Positions 10,272-19,654 of a DNA stretch of 64,000 nucleotides are shown one piece after another. Position 1 is the stretch's first letter. Each line of letters opens with the position of its first letter. The stretch lies in the NCBI GenBank assembly GCA_963664225.1, contig OY760937.1, positions 1,088,001 through 1,152,000 on the forward strand, in the 5' to 3' direction. Position numbers and translations under genes: made by a program. Origin of the DNA: Verrucomicrobiia bacterium. GTDB taxonomy: Bacteria > Verrucomicrobiota > Verrucomicrobiia > Limisphaerales > UBA1319. The notes under the pieces are model-generated. The model did no database searches. It was not told where the DNA came from and saw only the letters and a program-made list of their open reading frames with translations.

Positions 10272-10461
10272 ATCGTTGTTATTCGGGCCATCCGGCTGGT
10301 TGCCAATGCCTTTACGCCGTCTTATCCTGCCTTTTCCAAACCGGTGTTACCCGTTCCACAGAGGTAACTTCGCCGCTCTTCGCGTTCACCGCAACTGTTG
10401 TGGTGATCCTGGGATTTTGTGGAGCAATGCAAAACCTGAAAACAATGGAAATCCACCACTG

Positions 10462-10628
10462 GGCACCTGCCGATCCGTTGCTGGCAGGGCATATGCCTGT
10501 GAAGGTGCCAACACAGCGAGGTGGAAGGCCTCGTTAAGTTAAGCGTTTGTTTACGAGCCTGTGACCGAGGGTAACTGCGGCATGGTAACACGACCATGGA
10601 GAGCAACCGGAGGTGAACCGTCATTCCT
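10462..10628 (+). ncRNA. Structured RNA, possibly a 5' (domain I) fragment of a group II intron
   Basis: Nested stems ggcacct/aggtgcc, ctgcc/ggcag, cgagg/cctcg, catggt/accatg. The segment 'gagggtaactgcg...ggagagcaaccggaggtgaac' resembles group II intron domain I as I recall it. No RT gene or domain V follows. Confidence 0.35.
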
Positions 10629-10738
10629 TCACCATTAACCCGGGGCGTCCGCCTCGCGCTTTTGCCTTTTTTACTCTCTCTATCAGCGCCAGACGTTGAC
10701 GTTCGCCCCGGATTTTGCACGCCGCTCCGATCCCGGAT

Positions 10739-12619
10739 TCAGGCTTTGTCCGGGGTTTTGGTGGTCAGTACTTGCTCAAGCAATTCGTTGAGGCGTTTGA
10801 GCATGGTGCGAGGATCCTCAAGAATACCGGCGGCAACGCGGGCGTTGTCCAGCACCTGTTCGGCCACTTTGGCCGCCAGGGCAGGGTCCTGCTGGCGCAT
10901 GGTCTGGAGCCTTACAATGATGGGGTGACGTGGGTTCATTTCCAAATCCTGTTGGCCTCCAGCGGGGGCGTCCTGATCCTTGTGCATGGCCTTCAGGATG
11001 CGTCGCATGCTTGCTGTCATCATTTTGTCAGGATCGACAACCACAGCGGGACTGTCCACCAGACGCTGCGATGCGCGCACTTCGTGGACTTTATTTCCCA
11101 GGGTGTCCTTCATCCATTTCGCAAGGTCTTGAGCCTCGGTATCGCTCAACGCCCCTTCGCGGTTTGGATTTTCGACGGTGATATCCGCCTTTTCAGCCGG
11201 CTTGAGCGATTTGCCATCGAACTCACGCAAATGGTCCATGACAAACTCATCCCAGGGATCGCTGAGGAATATGACCTCAAAATGGCGTGCCTTGAAGGCC
11301 TCGTAATAAGGGCTGTTCTCGAGCGATTCCCTGTTGGGCCCCAGCAAATAGTAGATCTCCTTTTGCTCCGAGGGCATCCGTTTGACGTAATCCGCGAGCG
11401 AGGTCTTTTCGCCTTTGGGCAGGCTGGAGGTCTCGTAGCGCAATAGTTTGCCCAATGCCGCGCTATGGGTGTAATCCGTGACGATGCCTTCCTTGATGAA
11501 CCGATTGTATTGTTCATAGAACTTGTCGTATGCAGCCGGGTCTTTTGCAGATTGCTCATCGAGAAATTTGATGAAACGACTGGTCAGAATCTTGTTGAGC
11601 TTCTCCATCAGGCTGGTGTCCTGCATCATTTCCCGCGAGATGTTCAGGGGGATGTCCTCGCTGTCCACGACACCGCGCAGAAAGCGAAGCCAGTCCGGCA
11701 GTAAATCCTTGGGGCGGGACATGATAAGGACTTTGCGGCTGTAGAGATGCACCTCGCATTCGGTTCTTGAGATTCCCAATGCCTCAATATTGCTGGGCGG
11801 CACAAAGAGGAGCGCCTGGATCGAGAGCGGGGCGTCCGTGGAGAAATGCAGCCGGAAGAGGGGATTTACCCGGTCATGACCGATGTAATGATAGAATTCG
11901 TTGTAATCCTCGTCCTTGATTTCGTTTTTGTTGCGGGCCCACAGCGCGCCAACGGTGTTGATGGTTTTGCCATTCAACGTGATGGGGAAGGGGACGAAGT
12001 TCGAATAACGTTTGATGATGCCTTCAAGCCTGTCCGCATTGGCAAATTCCTTTTGATCATCCTTGAGCTGAAGGACGATTTTTGTGCCTCGCGGGGCGTC
12101 GATGATGGCATCAAGCTCATAACCTGTAGAACCTTCGGAGGTCCAGCGCCATGGGCTTTCTTCGGTGACATAGGAGCGGGTATCGACGACGACTTTTTTT
12201 GCCGCCATGAATGCTGCGTAGAACCCCACCCCAAATTGGCCGATCAAGTTCGCTTCAGGTTGGGAGGCCTCGCGGTTTTCTTTGAGCTTTTGGAGGAACG
12301 CCTTGGACCCGGAGTGCGCAATGGTGCCCAGGTTGTCCACGAGTTCGGCGCGGGTCATTCCCACGCCCGTATCTGTAAAGGTGATGGTGCCTTCTTTTTC
12401 ATCCGTGGTGATCGCAATGCCTAGCGCGAGATCAGCCTGAAATATAGTTTTCCCGGAACTGGTGAGAAAACGCAGCTTTTCAAGGGCATCGGCCGCATTG
12501 GAGATCAGTTCGCGGACAAAGATTTCTTTATCGGTATAGAGCGAATGAACAACAATGTTTAGCAATTGTTCGATTTCCGCCTGAAAATGATGTTTTTCGG
12601 TCGTATTCATGTCTGCCAT
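10739..12619 (-). CDS. htpG: Molecular chaperone HtpG (Hsp90)
   Basis: FQAEIEQLL...SLYTDKEIFVRELISNAADA, NLGTIAHSGSKAF, IGQFGVGFY, GVVDSEDIPLNISRE, LEMNPRHP. Confidence 0.97.
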   Translation of the reverse strand: MADMNTTEKHHFQAEIEQLLNIVVHSLYTDKEIFVRELISNAADALEKLRFLTSSGKTIFQADLALGIAITTDEKEGTITFTDTGVGMTRAELVDNLGTIAHSGSKAFLQKLKENREASQPEANLIGQFGVGFYAAFMAAKKVVVDTRSYVTEESPWRWTSEGSTGYELDAIIDAPRGTKIVLQLKDDQKEFANADRLEGIIKRYSNFVPFPITLNGKTINTVGALWARNKNEIKDEDYNEFYHYIGHDRVNPLFRLHFSTDAPLSIQALLFVPPSNIEALGISRTECEVHLYSRKVLIMSRPKDLLPDWLRFLRGVVDSEDIPLNISREMMQDTSLMEKLNKILTSRFIKFLDEQSAKDPAAYDKFYEQYNRFIKEGIVTDYTHSAALGKLLRYETSSLPKGEKTSLADYVKRMPSEQKEIYYLLGPNRESLENSPYYEAFKARHFEVIFLSDPWDEFVMDHLREFDGKSLKPAEKADITVENPNREGALSDTEAQDLAKWMKDTLGNKVHEVRASQRLVDSPAVVVDPDKMMTASMRRILKAMHKDQDAPAGGQQDLEMNPRHPIIVRLQTMRQQDPALAAKVAEQVLDNARVAAGILEDPRTMLKRLNELLEQVLTTKTPDKA

Positions 12620-12806
12620 AAAATTTACTTAAACCTTCAACATAATTAAGAAAGAGAAGGGTGCAGTGTGTCAAGCATGACGTGCTATGCAGATTTGCAG
12701 AAAAACACAGAACAAGGAATGTCGCGCCTTTAAGACAGGGGATGCAGGAACGACGAAGTGCCCTTTGCATAATCAGGATGCTGAAACCGCAATAGGTCAG
12801 TGTCGC

Positions 12807-14693
12807 TTACTTATAGGTCAGCCCGTAACCAAACTTAAACAGTGGATCATAGGGCTTGCCACCAACGTTGATCGGAATCTGCGCAACCGAGCGCGGCCAG
12901 GAGTGAGAGAGTTTGCCCGTGGGCTTGTAGTCACCGAACAAAACGTCGGCCACGCCCTGACCTTCAGAACCTGGCAGCCAGGCCGCAACCAGGGCATCGG
13001 ACTGACTCAGAATATCGCCAAGAATCATCGGACGTCCGGACAGGAGAACCACAACCACGGGGATCCCCGCCTTCTTCATATTGGCCAATACTTGGATTTG
13101 GGACTTCTCCAAAGCCAGGTCGGCGTTGTCCCCGCTGAATTCAGCGTAGGGTTTTTCTCCAATAACGACGACACCCACATCCGCGCCTTCGGCGCCCGTT
13201 CCGTCTGTGGAGAAGGTCACCTGGTTGCTATTCGCAGCAGTGTGCTTGATGGCATCCAGAATCGTGGTGCCGCCCGGGATTTGGTTGGTCAGAGAACCCT
13301 GCCAATCGATGGTCCATCCTCCGCATTGCATTCCCAGATTATTGGCCCCAATGCCGGCGACATGGATGCGCCTGGCGTTTTTTGTCAGGGGCAGAGTTTT
13401 ATTCTCGTTTTTCAGGAGGACGAGGCTTTCCCGGACGGCCTTGCGGGCGACAGCGCGATGCTCGGCCGAACCAAAGGATTTGTGCAGATTGCGATCCGCC
13501 AGCGGTGAGCGGCTTTTGTCCATCAGGCCCATGGCGAACTTGACTCTGAGAATTCGCGTGACCGCGTCGTCTATGCGTGACATGGGCACCTTGCCTTCGT
13601 TGACCAACTCCTTGAGTTGACGGCAAAAATCCGGGTATTTATCCGTCAGCATCACCATGTCGATGCCTGCGTTGATCGATTGTTCGATGCAATTCTTGTA
13701 ATCCACGTTTTTCGCGTCCGGAGCAAGCTGATCGATGGCATTATAGTCGGAAATCAGGAAGCCTTCGAAACCCAGTTCGCCTTTGAGCAGGTCCGTCAGC
13801 AGATACTTTTCACCGCTGCATTTTTTGCCGTTCCAACTGCTATAGGAGGGCATGATTGTTGCTACGCCTTCTTTTACGGTGGTTATGTAACCTTGGAGAT
13901 GAATGCGGCGCAATGTGGCTTCATCGCAGCGCGTGTCACCCTGATCCAGGGCGTGGAGATCGTTTTTTGTGGAAGTGCCGTAAGTCGTCCCGCCGTCCCC
14001 AATGAAGTGTTTGGCGCAGGCAGCGACTGAGACCAGTTCCGAGAGGTTGGCACCCTGAAAACCCCGAACCGCTGCCCGCCCCAGATTTTTGACGATTTTG
14101 GGATTTTCCGAATACCCTTCATAGGTTCGTCCCCAGCGTTCGTCCCTGGGCACGGTAACGCAGGGGGCGAAAGCCCAATTGATGCCCGTCGCGCGCACTT
14201 CCTCGGCGGTAACGCGTTCAATTTTTTCGACCAACTTCCGATCATTGGCGCAGCCCAAGCCGATGTTGTGAGGGAAGATCACGGCGCCGGGGATGTTATT
14301 ATGGCCATGCACGGCATCAACACCGTAGATCAATGGAATGCCAAGCCGGGTTTTGATGGCGTGCTGCTGGAAGCCGTCCACCATGTCTGTCCATCCCTTC
14401 AGGGTGTAGTCCGCCTTATCTTTGGGGCCTGAACCACCGCCGCTCAAAAGCGAGCCGAGAAAGTATTTTTCAATGTCCGTGGGACTCTTGAGGAACGCCT
14501 GGTCAGGCTGGCACATTTGTCCGATCTTTTCGTCCAAAGTCATTTTACCCAGTAATTCCCTGGCCTGTGGGTTAAATGCAGTGAAGACCTTCTGCTTCGA
14601 TTCAGCCTTTGTCATCGCGGAAAAGGATAGCAAAAGACCCGCAATCACGGGAACGATGGGCAGCATGACTCCATCGAGAATTGTGTTTCTCAT
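12807..14693 (-). CDS. Secreted GH3 beta-glucosidase / exo-glucanase
   Basis: [49 protein letters not shown] (nucleophile Asp), [17 protein letters not shown]. Signal-peptide-like start from ATG 14693. Confidence 0.93.
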   Translation of the reverse strand: MRNTILDGVMLPIVPVIAGLLLSFSAMTKAESKQKVFTAFNPQARELLGKMTLDEKIGQMCQPDQAFLKSPTDIEKYFLGSLLSGGGSGPKDKADYTLKGWTDMVDGFQQHAIKTRLGIPLIYGVDAVHGHNNIPGAVIFPHNIGLGCANDRKLVEKIERVTAEEVRATGINWAFAPCVTVPRDERWGRTYEGYSENPKIVKNLGRAAVRGFQGANLSELVSVAACAKHFIGDGGTTYGTSTKNDLHALDQGDTRCDEATLRRIHLQGYITTVKEGVATIMPSYSSWNGKKCSGEKYLLTDLLKGELGFEGFLISDYNAIDQLAPDAKNVDYKNCIEQSINAGIDMVMLTDKYPDFCRQLKELVNEGKVPMSRIDDAVTRILRVKFAMGLMDKSRSPLADRNLHKSFGSAEHRAVARKAVRESLVLLKNENKTLPLTKNARRIHVAGIGANNLGMQCGGWTIDWQGSLTNQIPGGTTILDAIKHTAANSNQVTFSTDGTGAEGADVGVVVIGEKPYAEFSGDNADLALEKSQIQVLANMKKAGIPVVVVLLSGRPMILGDILSQSDALVAAWLPGSEGQGVADVLFGDYKPTGKLSHSWPRSVAQIPINVGGKPYDPLFKFGYGLTYK

Positions 14694-14712
14694 AACATTA
14701 GTGTGGTCCCGC

Positions 14713-14741
14713 AAATATGAATATCTCCCATATGGTGTCAA
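14713..14741 (-). promoter_or_regulatory. Putative sigma70-type promoter of the GH3 gene
   Basis: Minus strand reads TTGACA, then 16-17 nt, then CATATT/ATATTT, ending about 20 nt upstream of ATG 14693. Confidence 0.4.
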
Positions 14742-14968
14742 TTCGCTTTCGTGCTCGACTTAATTTATTTTGACGCTCACTTCAATGATCTGGCCGCCAG
14801 TGGTCGCTTGCTCATTGCCCGGGTTTGAGACCTGTTCTCCAGTTGCAACCAGCCGAAAAGGATGGCAGGACGGACACTGCAGGCCCAAACCGCCGATTAT
14901 TTTCGTATTGCGGTTGAAGCCTCTTTTCGCCAAGGCTATGGGGCTATTAATTGAGCTTTGGACCAGAT

Positions 14969-17683
14969 ATGATGACCAGCAGCCAGATACGCCAGTCGTT
15001 CCTCGATTTTTTCAAATCGAAGCAGCACACCATTGTACCCTCCTCGAGTCTGCTGCCGGATTCGCCCAACCTGTTGTTTACCAACGCGGGGATGAACCAG
15101 TTCGTGCCGATTTTTCTCGGCCAACAAAAGTGTCCCTACACCCCCGGACGGGCGGCCGACACACAGAAGTGTATCCGCGCGGGCGGCAAGCATAACGACC
15201 TGGAGGATGTCGGTTTGGACACCTATCACCACACCTTTTTCGAGATGCTGGGAAACTGGAGCTATGGCAATTATTTCAAGACCGAAGCCATTGACTGGGC
15301 CTGGGAACTGGTGACCGGGGTTTGGAAATTTCCGAAGGAACGTCTCTACGCCACGGTCTATTGCCCGGACAAGTCCAAGGGCGATCCCAGCGATTTCGAC
15401 CAGGAAGCTTACGATGCCTGGGCCGTGAAATTCACCGCCGCCGGTTTGGACCCGAAGGTCCACATCTTGAACGGCAACAAAAAGGATAATTTCTGGATGA
15501 TGGGCGAGACGGGTCCCTGTGGACCCTGTTCCGAATTGCATTTTGACCTCACGCCTGCGGGCGATACCGGCGGCTCCCTGGTCAACATGGGCAGCCCCAA
15601 GTGCATTGAAATCTGGAACCTGGTGTTCATGCAGTTCAACGCGAACCCGGATGGCACGTTCTCGCAACTCCCGGCCAGGAACGTGGACACCGGCATGGGC
15701 TTTGAACGCGTCACGAGCATCATGCAGTGTACGCACGGTTTTAAGGACTTCACGGGGATCATTTCCAATTACGAAACCGATATTTTCCGCCCTATTTTCG
15801 ACCGTCTGGAAAAGATGAGCGGCAGGAAGTATGGGTCAACGCTTCCCAAACCGGGTTCGATTGGCGACACCGTGCAGGAAAAAGAGGACATTGCCTTCCG
15901 TGTCATCGCCGACCATATCCGCACGCTGAGCTTTGCCATCGCGGACGGAATCACGCCGGGCAACAACGACCGCAATTACGTTTTGCGCCGCATTCTCCGC
16001 CGCGCGGTTCGTTTTGGCCGCACGCTCGGGTTCCAGGAGCCGTTTTTCTACAAGTTGGTCGATGTCCTCGCCGCCACAATGGGCGATGTCTTCCCCGAGA
16101 TTCGGGCCAAGGCTGACGTCGTGCAAAACACCATCCGGGTTGAGGAGGAGTCGTTCAACAAGACCCTGGATCGCGGCATCGAATTGTTCCGCGAGGAAGT
16201 GGCGTCACTTGGCGACAGCAAAAAACTGACCGGTGACTTTGCCTTCAAGCTCTACGACACGTATGGATTTCCCCTCGACCTGACCGAGTTGATGGCTCGC
16301 GAGCAGGGATTGACGGTGGACACCGCCGGTTTCGAGAAGTTGATGGAGGAGCAGCGGACCATGGCGCGCTCGGCCCAGAAACGGGAAATCATCAGCGTCT
16401 CCAATGTTCAGACCACCGTGCCGACCCGCTTTGTGGGCTACGACCAGATGGAGGCAGATGCCACGGTTCAGGAGATCGTCAAGATCAAGGACAAGACGGC
16501 CGTGGTGTTGGATGTTTCCGCCTGCTACGCCGAGATGGGCGGCCAGGTGGGGGACATGGGCAAACTCTCGGGACAAGGCCATGAGTGGCACATTGCGAAC
16601 ACGCAGAAGGCGGCGGCCACGTTCCTCCATATTCTGGACAAGAACGCTACAGATGGCGCGAGTCTCCCGGAAGTGGGCAGTCCGGTGAAATTGGTGGTGG
16701 ATGCGGCCCGTCGCGCGGCCATCCAACGGCACCATACCGTGACGCATTTACTGCATTGGGCATTGCATGAGGTGGTCAGCCGCGAGGCCTCGCAAAAGGG
16801 TTCGTTCGTTGGCCCGGACAAGTTGACCTTCGATTTCAACGGCAGCGCCCTGACTCCCGGGCAGGTTGCCGATGTGGAGCGCCTGGTCAATGAGCGGATC
16901 GTTGAGAATGCCCCGGTCATGTGGATGGACGTGCCTTTCGAGGAGATCAAGGGCCGTCCCGAGGTGATGCAATTTTTCGGCGAAAAATACGGGGACGTCG
17001 TGCGTGTCATTCAAATCGGCGGGAAAGCCGGTCAATTCAATGGTTACTCCATGGAATTGTGCGGCGGCACTCACACCCATGCCACGGGGGAGATCGGCTT
17101 GTTTCGCATTGCGGCGGAATCCGCCATTGCGGCCGGGGTGCGGCGCATCGAGGCCATGGCGGGATTGTGCGCCTATGAAAAAGCGCGCCACGACGCGGGG
17201 CTGTTGCTGACCTTGGCCGGCAAGATCAATTCGCCCGTGGCCGAGGTGGAGAAGAAAATTGAAACGCTGCTCGCTCAACAGAAGGAACTGGAGCATCAGC
17301 TCAAGACCGTCAAAATGAAACAGGCTGGCGAGATGGCCCGCAGTTTGCAGGCGCAGGCGAAAACCTATGGATCCGTGAAGGCGATCATTCAGGCCATCGC
17401 CGATGCCGATGGAGATTTTCTCCAAAGCGTGGTGGAAACGCTCAAGAGCGAGTTCAAAGGCGTCGTGGTTCTTGCCAGCGTTAACGGGTCCACAGTGGCC
17501 CTGGCCGCAGGTGTTTCGCATGAGCTGACAAAACAGATTCAGGCGGGGAAAATCATTCAGGCCATCGCGCCAATCCTTGGCGGCAAGGGCGGCGGCAAAC
17601 CTGATTTTGCGCGCGGGGCCGGCAAGGAAGCCAACAAGGTTGCCGAGGCGCTTGCCAAGGCCGAATCGTTGATGCCTGCTTGA
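14969..17683 (+). CDS. alaS: Alanine--tRNA ligase
   Basis: LLFTNAGMNQF, QKCIRAGGKHNDL, HHTFFEMLGNW, GPCGPCSE, VDTGMGFER, editing HTVTH...ELCGGTH, GGKGGG. Confidence 0.98.
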   Translation: MMTSSQIRQSFLDFFKSKQHTIVPSSSLLPDSPNLLFTNAGMNQFVPIFLGQQKCPYTPGRAADTQKCIRAGGKHNDLEDVGLDTYHHTFFEMLGNWSYGNYFKTEAIDWAWELVTGVWKFPKERLYATVYCPDKSKGDPSDFDQEAYDAWAVKFTAAGLDPKVHILNGNKKDNFWMMGETGPCGPCSELHFDLTPAGDTGGSLVNMGSPKCIEIWNLVFMQFNANPDGTFSQLPARNVDTGMGFERVTSIMQCTHGFKDFTGIISNYETDIFRPIFDRLEKMSGRKYGSTLPKPGSIGDTVQEKEDIAFRVIADHIRTLSFAIADGITPGNNDRNYVLRRILRRAVRFGRTLGFQEPFFYKLVDVLAATMGDVFPEIRAKADVVQNTIRVEEESFNKTLDRGIELFREEVASLGDSKKLTGDFAFKLYDTYGFPLDLTELMAREQGLTVDTAGFEKLMEEQRTMARSAQKREIISVSNVQTTVPTRFVGYDQMEADATVQEIVKIKDKTAVVLDVSACYAEMGGQVGDMGKLSGQGHEWHIANTQKAAATFLHILDKNATDGASLPEVGSPVKLVVDAARRAAIQRHHTVTHLLHWALHEVVSREASQKGSFVGPDKLTFDFNGSALTPGQVADVERLVNERIVENAPVMWMDVPFEEIKGRPEVMQFFGEKYGDVVRVIQIGGKAGQFNGYSMELCGGTHTHATGEIGLFRIAAESAIAAGVRRIEAMAGLCAYEKARHDAGLLLTLAGKINSPVAEVEKKIETLLAQQKELEHQLKTVKMKQAGEMARSLQAQAKTYGSVKAIIQAIADADGDFLQSVVETLKSEFKGVVVLASVNGSTVALAAGVSHELTKQIQAGKIIQAIAPILGGKGGGKPDFARGAGKEANKVAEALAKAESLMPA

Positions 17684-17696
17684 CAATGCCATTCAA

Positions 17697-17798
17697 GCAT
17701 CCCGGAAGGGATGCCAGCGATTAGCCGGGGATGCGGTCGTCGAGACCGCAATCCCCGGACACCCACGCAAATGAACACGATCCCGGTAGGGATCGCAG
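17697..17798. repeat. REP-like tripartite palindromic element
   Basis: Hairpins gcatccc-ggaa-gggatgc (17697-17714), ccgggga-tgcggtc..gaccgca-atccccgg (17725-17758) and cgatccc-ggta-gggatcg (17778-17795), directly after the alaS stop. Confidence 0.65.
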
Positions 17799-17871
17799 GA
17801 GCTTCTCCACATATCCCAGACAACTGTAGGTTCCAACAGCGTCGGGCTTTTTTCCTTCTTTAATTCTGAAT

Positions 17872-17916
17872 CGCCAACGGCGCGACCTTATATCAGCCTG
17901 GGCCATCGGCCCAGGT
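17872..17916. repeat. Left part of a second REP-like element, including left copy of the 21-bp target duplication (17896-17916)
   Basis: cgcc-aac-ggcg mini-hairpin, then GCCTGGGCCATCGGCCCAGGT (hairpin CCTGGGCC-ATC-GGCCCAGG) abutting the IS end. Confidence 0.8.
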
Positions 17917-17938
17917 CTGGAGTTTGGCCCCCTTACGA

Positions 17939-19381
17939 TCAGTTAAGACTTAGAAAGATGGCGGCTTCTAGTGGTGGATCGCATTTTCTGCCGTTCTGGG
18001 TGGGAATGGTATTTGATGAGAGCGGCAGAAAATGGGTGGTTAGGGCTGTAGCCCAAAGTTCATAACGCAATTGCGTGATTAATTCGTTGGTTGTGGCTCT
18101 CTGGCCGGGCTTACGTTTGTACCAGCACGGGCGTTTGAAGGTCTCCGGCTGGCCGTCGGCACCGTAGGTTTTGACGGCGCCCAGGAGCAGTAGCGCGTAG
18201 GCTGCCACGGCCAGCGCCGGGGCATTCTGATTGGAAGCCTCGGACCGAACCTGGGCCTGTCCGACCCCCAGAAGAGTTTTCTCATCCCGGAAGTTGACTT
18301 CGATATCCCATCGCCAGAGATAAAACTGCACCACCTTTTCCAGGGGCAGATTCAGATCAGTGCAGATGAGAAAAGCCGGTTCGCGCCGTTCCAGCTTGCT
18401 GGACCTGGTACGGCGGTAAGCCACCGGCTCGATGACGACCAGACGCAGGGAGTGGCCGGCCTTGTCCATCTGCGAGTAGACGGGCGCCAGGGTTTTGACC
18501 CGGAACTGGTAGCGTTTGCCTGCCGCAAAGGCCTCCACGGTTTGCCAGGGTTGGGCCGGGTCCTTGAGCAGTTGTTCCGGCGTGGGGCAGTGGGCCCCAT
18601 ACTTGCGTTTGCGGCCGTGCGCGGCCTGCCCTGTCGGGGGAAAGTAAAAGGCCGAGTCCTTGCGCACGCGGCCAATGAGGGTGGTCCGCTCCGGAATCTG
18701 CCCCAGAACGGTGCCATTGGTGAAGCGGCCATCGAGGGTGGCAATCAGCGGCCGCTGGCTCGAACCGCTTTGATCCATTTGCCGGCGCATGTGGGTCAGG
18801 CGATTGCGGCCCGCCACATTGATATTCATTTTGGCCCGTTGCTCCCGGTAGGCGGCCCAGCGCTCTGGCGCGGCATCCTTGCGCGGCTTGGCGGGCAGGG
18901 CCGCATGCTGGAAGTCCACCGGAATCATCCGTGCCGCCCCTTGTGAGCCCAGCGGCACGGCCGCAGAAATCTGCAGGACCCGCAGACCCCGGACAAAGTT
19001 GACCTGGAATGGGGGGCTCAAGGGATCACGCTGAAAACGGGAGCCAAAGATGCGCGGACCGGTTTTGCGCAAGAGCGAGTCGTCCATGGCCACGACCAGA
19101 GGATCCTTGGACGGGAAGTCCTGCTCGATTTGGGCGCGGATCCGGTCGAAAACCCAGTCCTCGTCGAAATGATCCTCGGAATAGAAGCGGTAATCGGCCG
19201 TCCAATCCTGTTGGGTGCGGTTTTGATTGCGCAAGAGCCCTGTAATGGTGTGGCGGCCGAAGCACACCAACTGGGAAAGCAGATGGCGGCGGCCCCGAGC
19301 CCAGGCCTGCGGGGAAGAGAAGCCGGGAGCACATAGATCGATCAGCTCCTCGATTTGGTCGAGGAGGGAGGCGTTTTTTTT
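17939..19381 (-). CDS. DDE transposase (IS701/DDE_5-like), probably expressed as a -1 frameshift fusion with the upstream ORF
   Basis: VVAMDDSLLRKTG, IATLDGRF and YLWRWDIEVNFRDEKTLLG give a D-D-E triad with a YREK-like signature. The frame is open to 19516, but the transposase-like sequence begins at the A8 run (FKKNASLL). Confidence 0.88.
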   Translation of the reverse strand, partial: KKNASLLDQIEELIDLCAPGFSSPQAWARGRRHLLSQLVCFGRHTITGLLRNQNRTQQDWTADYRFYSEDHFDEDWVFDRIRAQIEQDFPSKDPLVVAMDDSLLRKTGPRIFGSRFQRDPLSPPFQVNFVRGLRVLQISAAVPLGSQGAARMIPVDFQHAALPAKPRKDAAPERWAAYREQRAKMNINVAGRNRLTHMRRQMDQSGSSQRPLIATLDGRFTNGTVLGQIPERTTLIGRVRKDSAFYFPPTGQAAHGRKRKYGAHCPTPEQLLKDPAQPWQTVEAFAAGKRYQFRVKTLAPVYSQMDKAGHSLRLVVIEPVAYRRTRSSKLERREPAFLICTDLNLPLEKVVQFYLWRWDIEVNFRDEKTLLGVGQAQVRSEASNQNAPALAVAAYALLLLGAVKTYGADGQPETFKRPCWYKRKPGQRATTNELITQLRYELWATALTTHFLPLSSNTIPTQNGRKCDPPLEAAIFLSLN

Positions 19382-19566
19382 AAAGCGACCGGGTTGGGGG
19401 GGACCTGGTCGCGCGAGAGAATGAGGTGACCTTTGTCGGCAATGGTCCACCGGACATCCTCTCCCTTGTCGAAATCCATGGCCTGGGCGATGGCGGAGGG
19501 GAAGTTGATGTACCATTGCTGGCTTTGCTTGCGTTGGATGAGCTGGACTTTAGTTGGATAACCCAT
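19342..19566 (-). CDS. AbrB/MazE/SpoVT-like small DNA-binding protein (IS OrfA)
   Basis: MGYPTKVQLIQRKQSQQWYINFPSAIAQAMDFDKGEDVRWTIADKGHLILSR matches the swapped-hairpin pattern (I.P..I...l...GD.V.w.....l.l). It lies inside the IS ends. Confidence 0.75.
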   Translation of the reverse strand: MGYPTKVQLIQRKQSQQWYINFPSAIAQAMDFDKGEDVRWTIADKGHLILSRDQVPPNPVALKKTPPSSTKSRS

Positions 19567-19654
19567 AGTGGCCATATCTAGTCACATAACTAGACCACGC
19601 GCAACAAAATAATAATCCCACCAGCGGTTTGTCTAGTCCGGGGCCAAACTCCAG

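Larger units (their letters stand above)
17917..19654 (-). mobile_element. Insertion sequence (1738 bp), IS701/IS4-like DDE type, with 15-bp terminal inverted repeats and 21-bp direct repeats
   Basis: CTGGAGTTTGGCCCC at 17917-17931 and its exact reverse complement GGGGCCAAACTCCAG at 19640-19654. Identical 21-mer at 17896-17916 and 19655-19675. Contains a transposase and a small AbrB-like ORF. Confidence 0.93.

Noticed and set aside
10147..10720. ORFs of 131-132 aa in the gap between htpG and the hypothetical gene
   Set aside because: No recognisable motifs, mutually overlapping, and the region is better explained as structured non-coding sequence.
12640..12690. Possible CIRCE (HrcA) operator upstream of htpG
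   Set aside because: Only a half-site (TAGCAC) matches and the second arm and spacing do not fit TTAGCACTC-N9-GAGTGCTAA. A TTGACA is present but the -10 is weak.
14936..17692. Long antisense ORFs (266 and 314 aa) opposite alaS, and similar shadows opposite htpG, GH3, the epimerase and CotH
   Set aside because: Typical stop-poor antisense frames of GC-rich genes, with no domain signatures.
19382..19516. N-terminal 45 aa of the 525-aa transposase ORF (MVHQLPLRHRPG…)
   Set aside because: It is the -1 shadow of the AbrB-like ORF and looks non-protein-like. Transposase-like sequence starts at the A8 slippery site.
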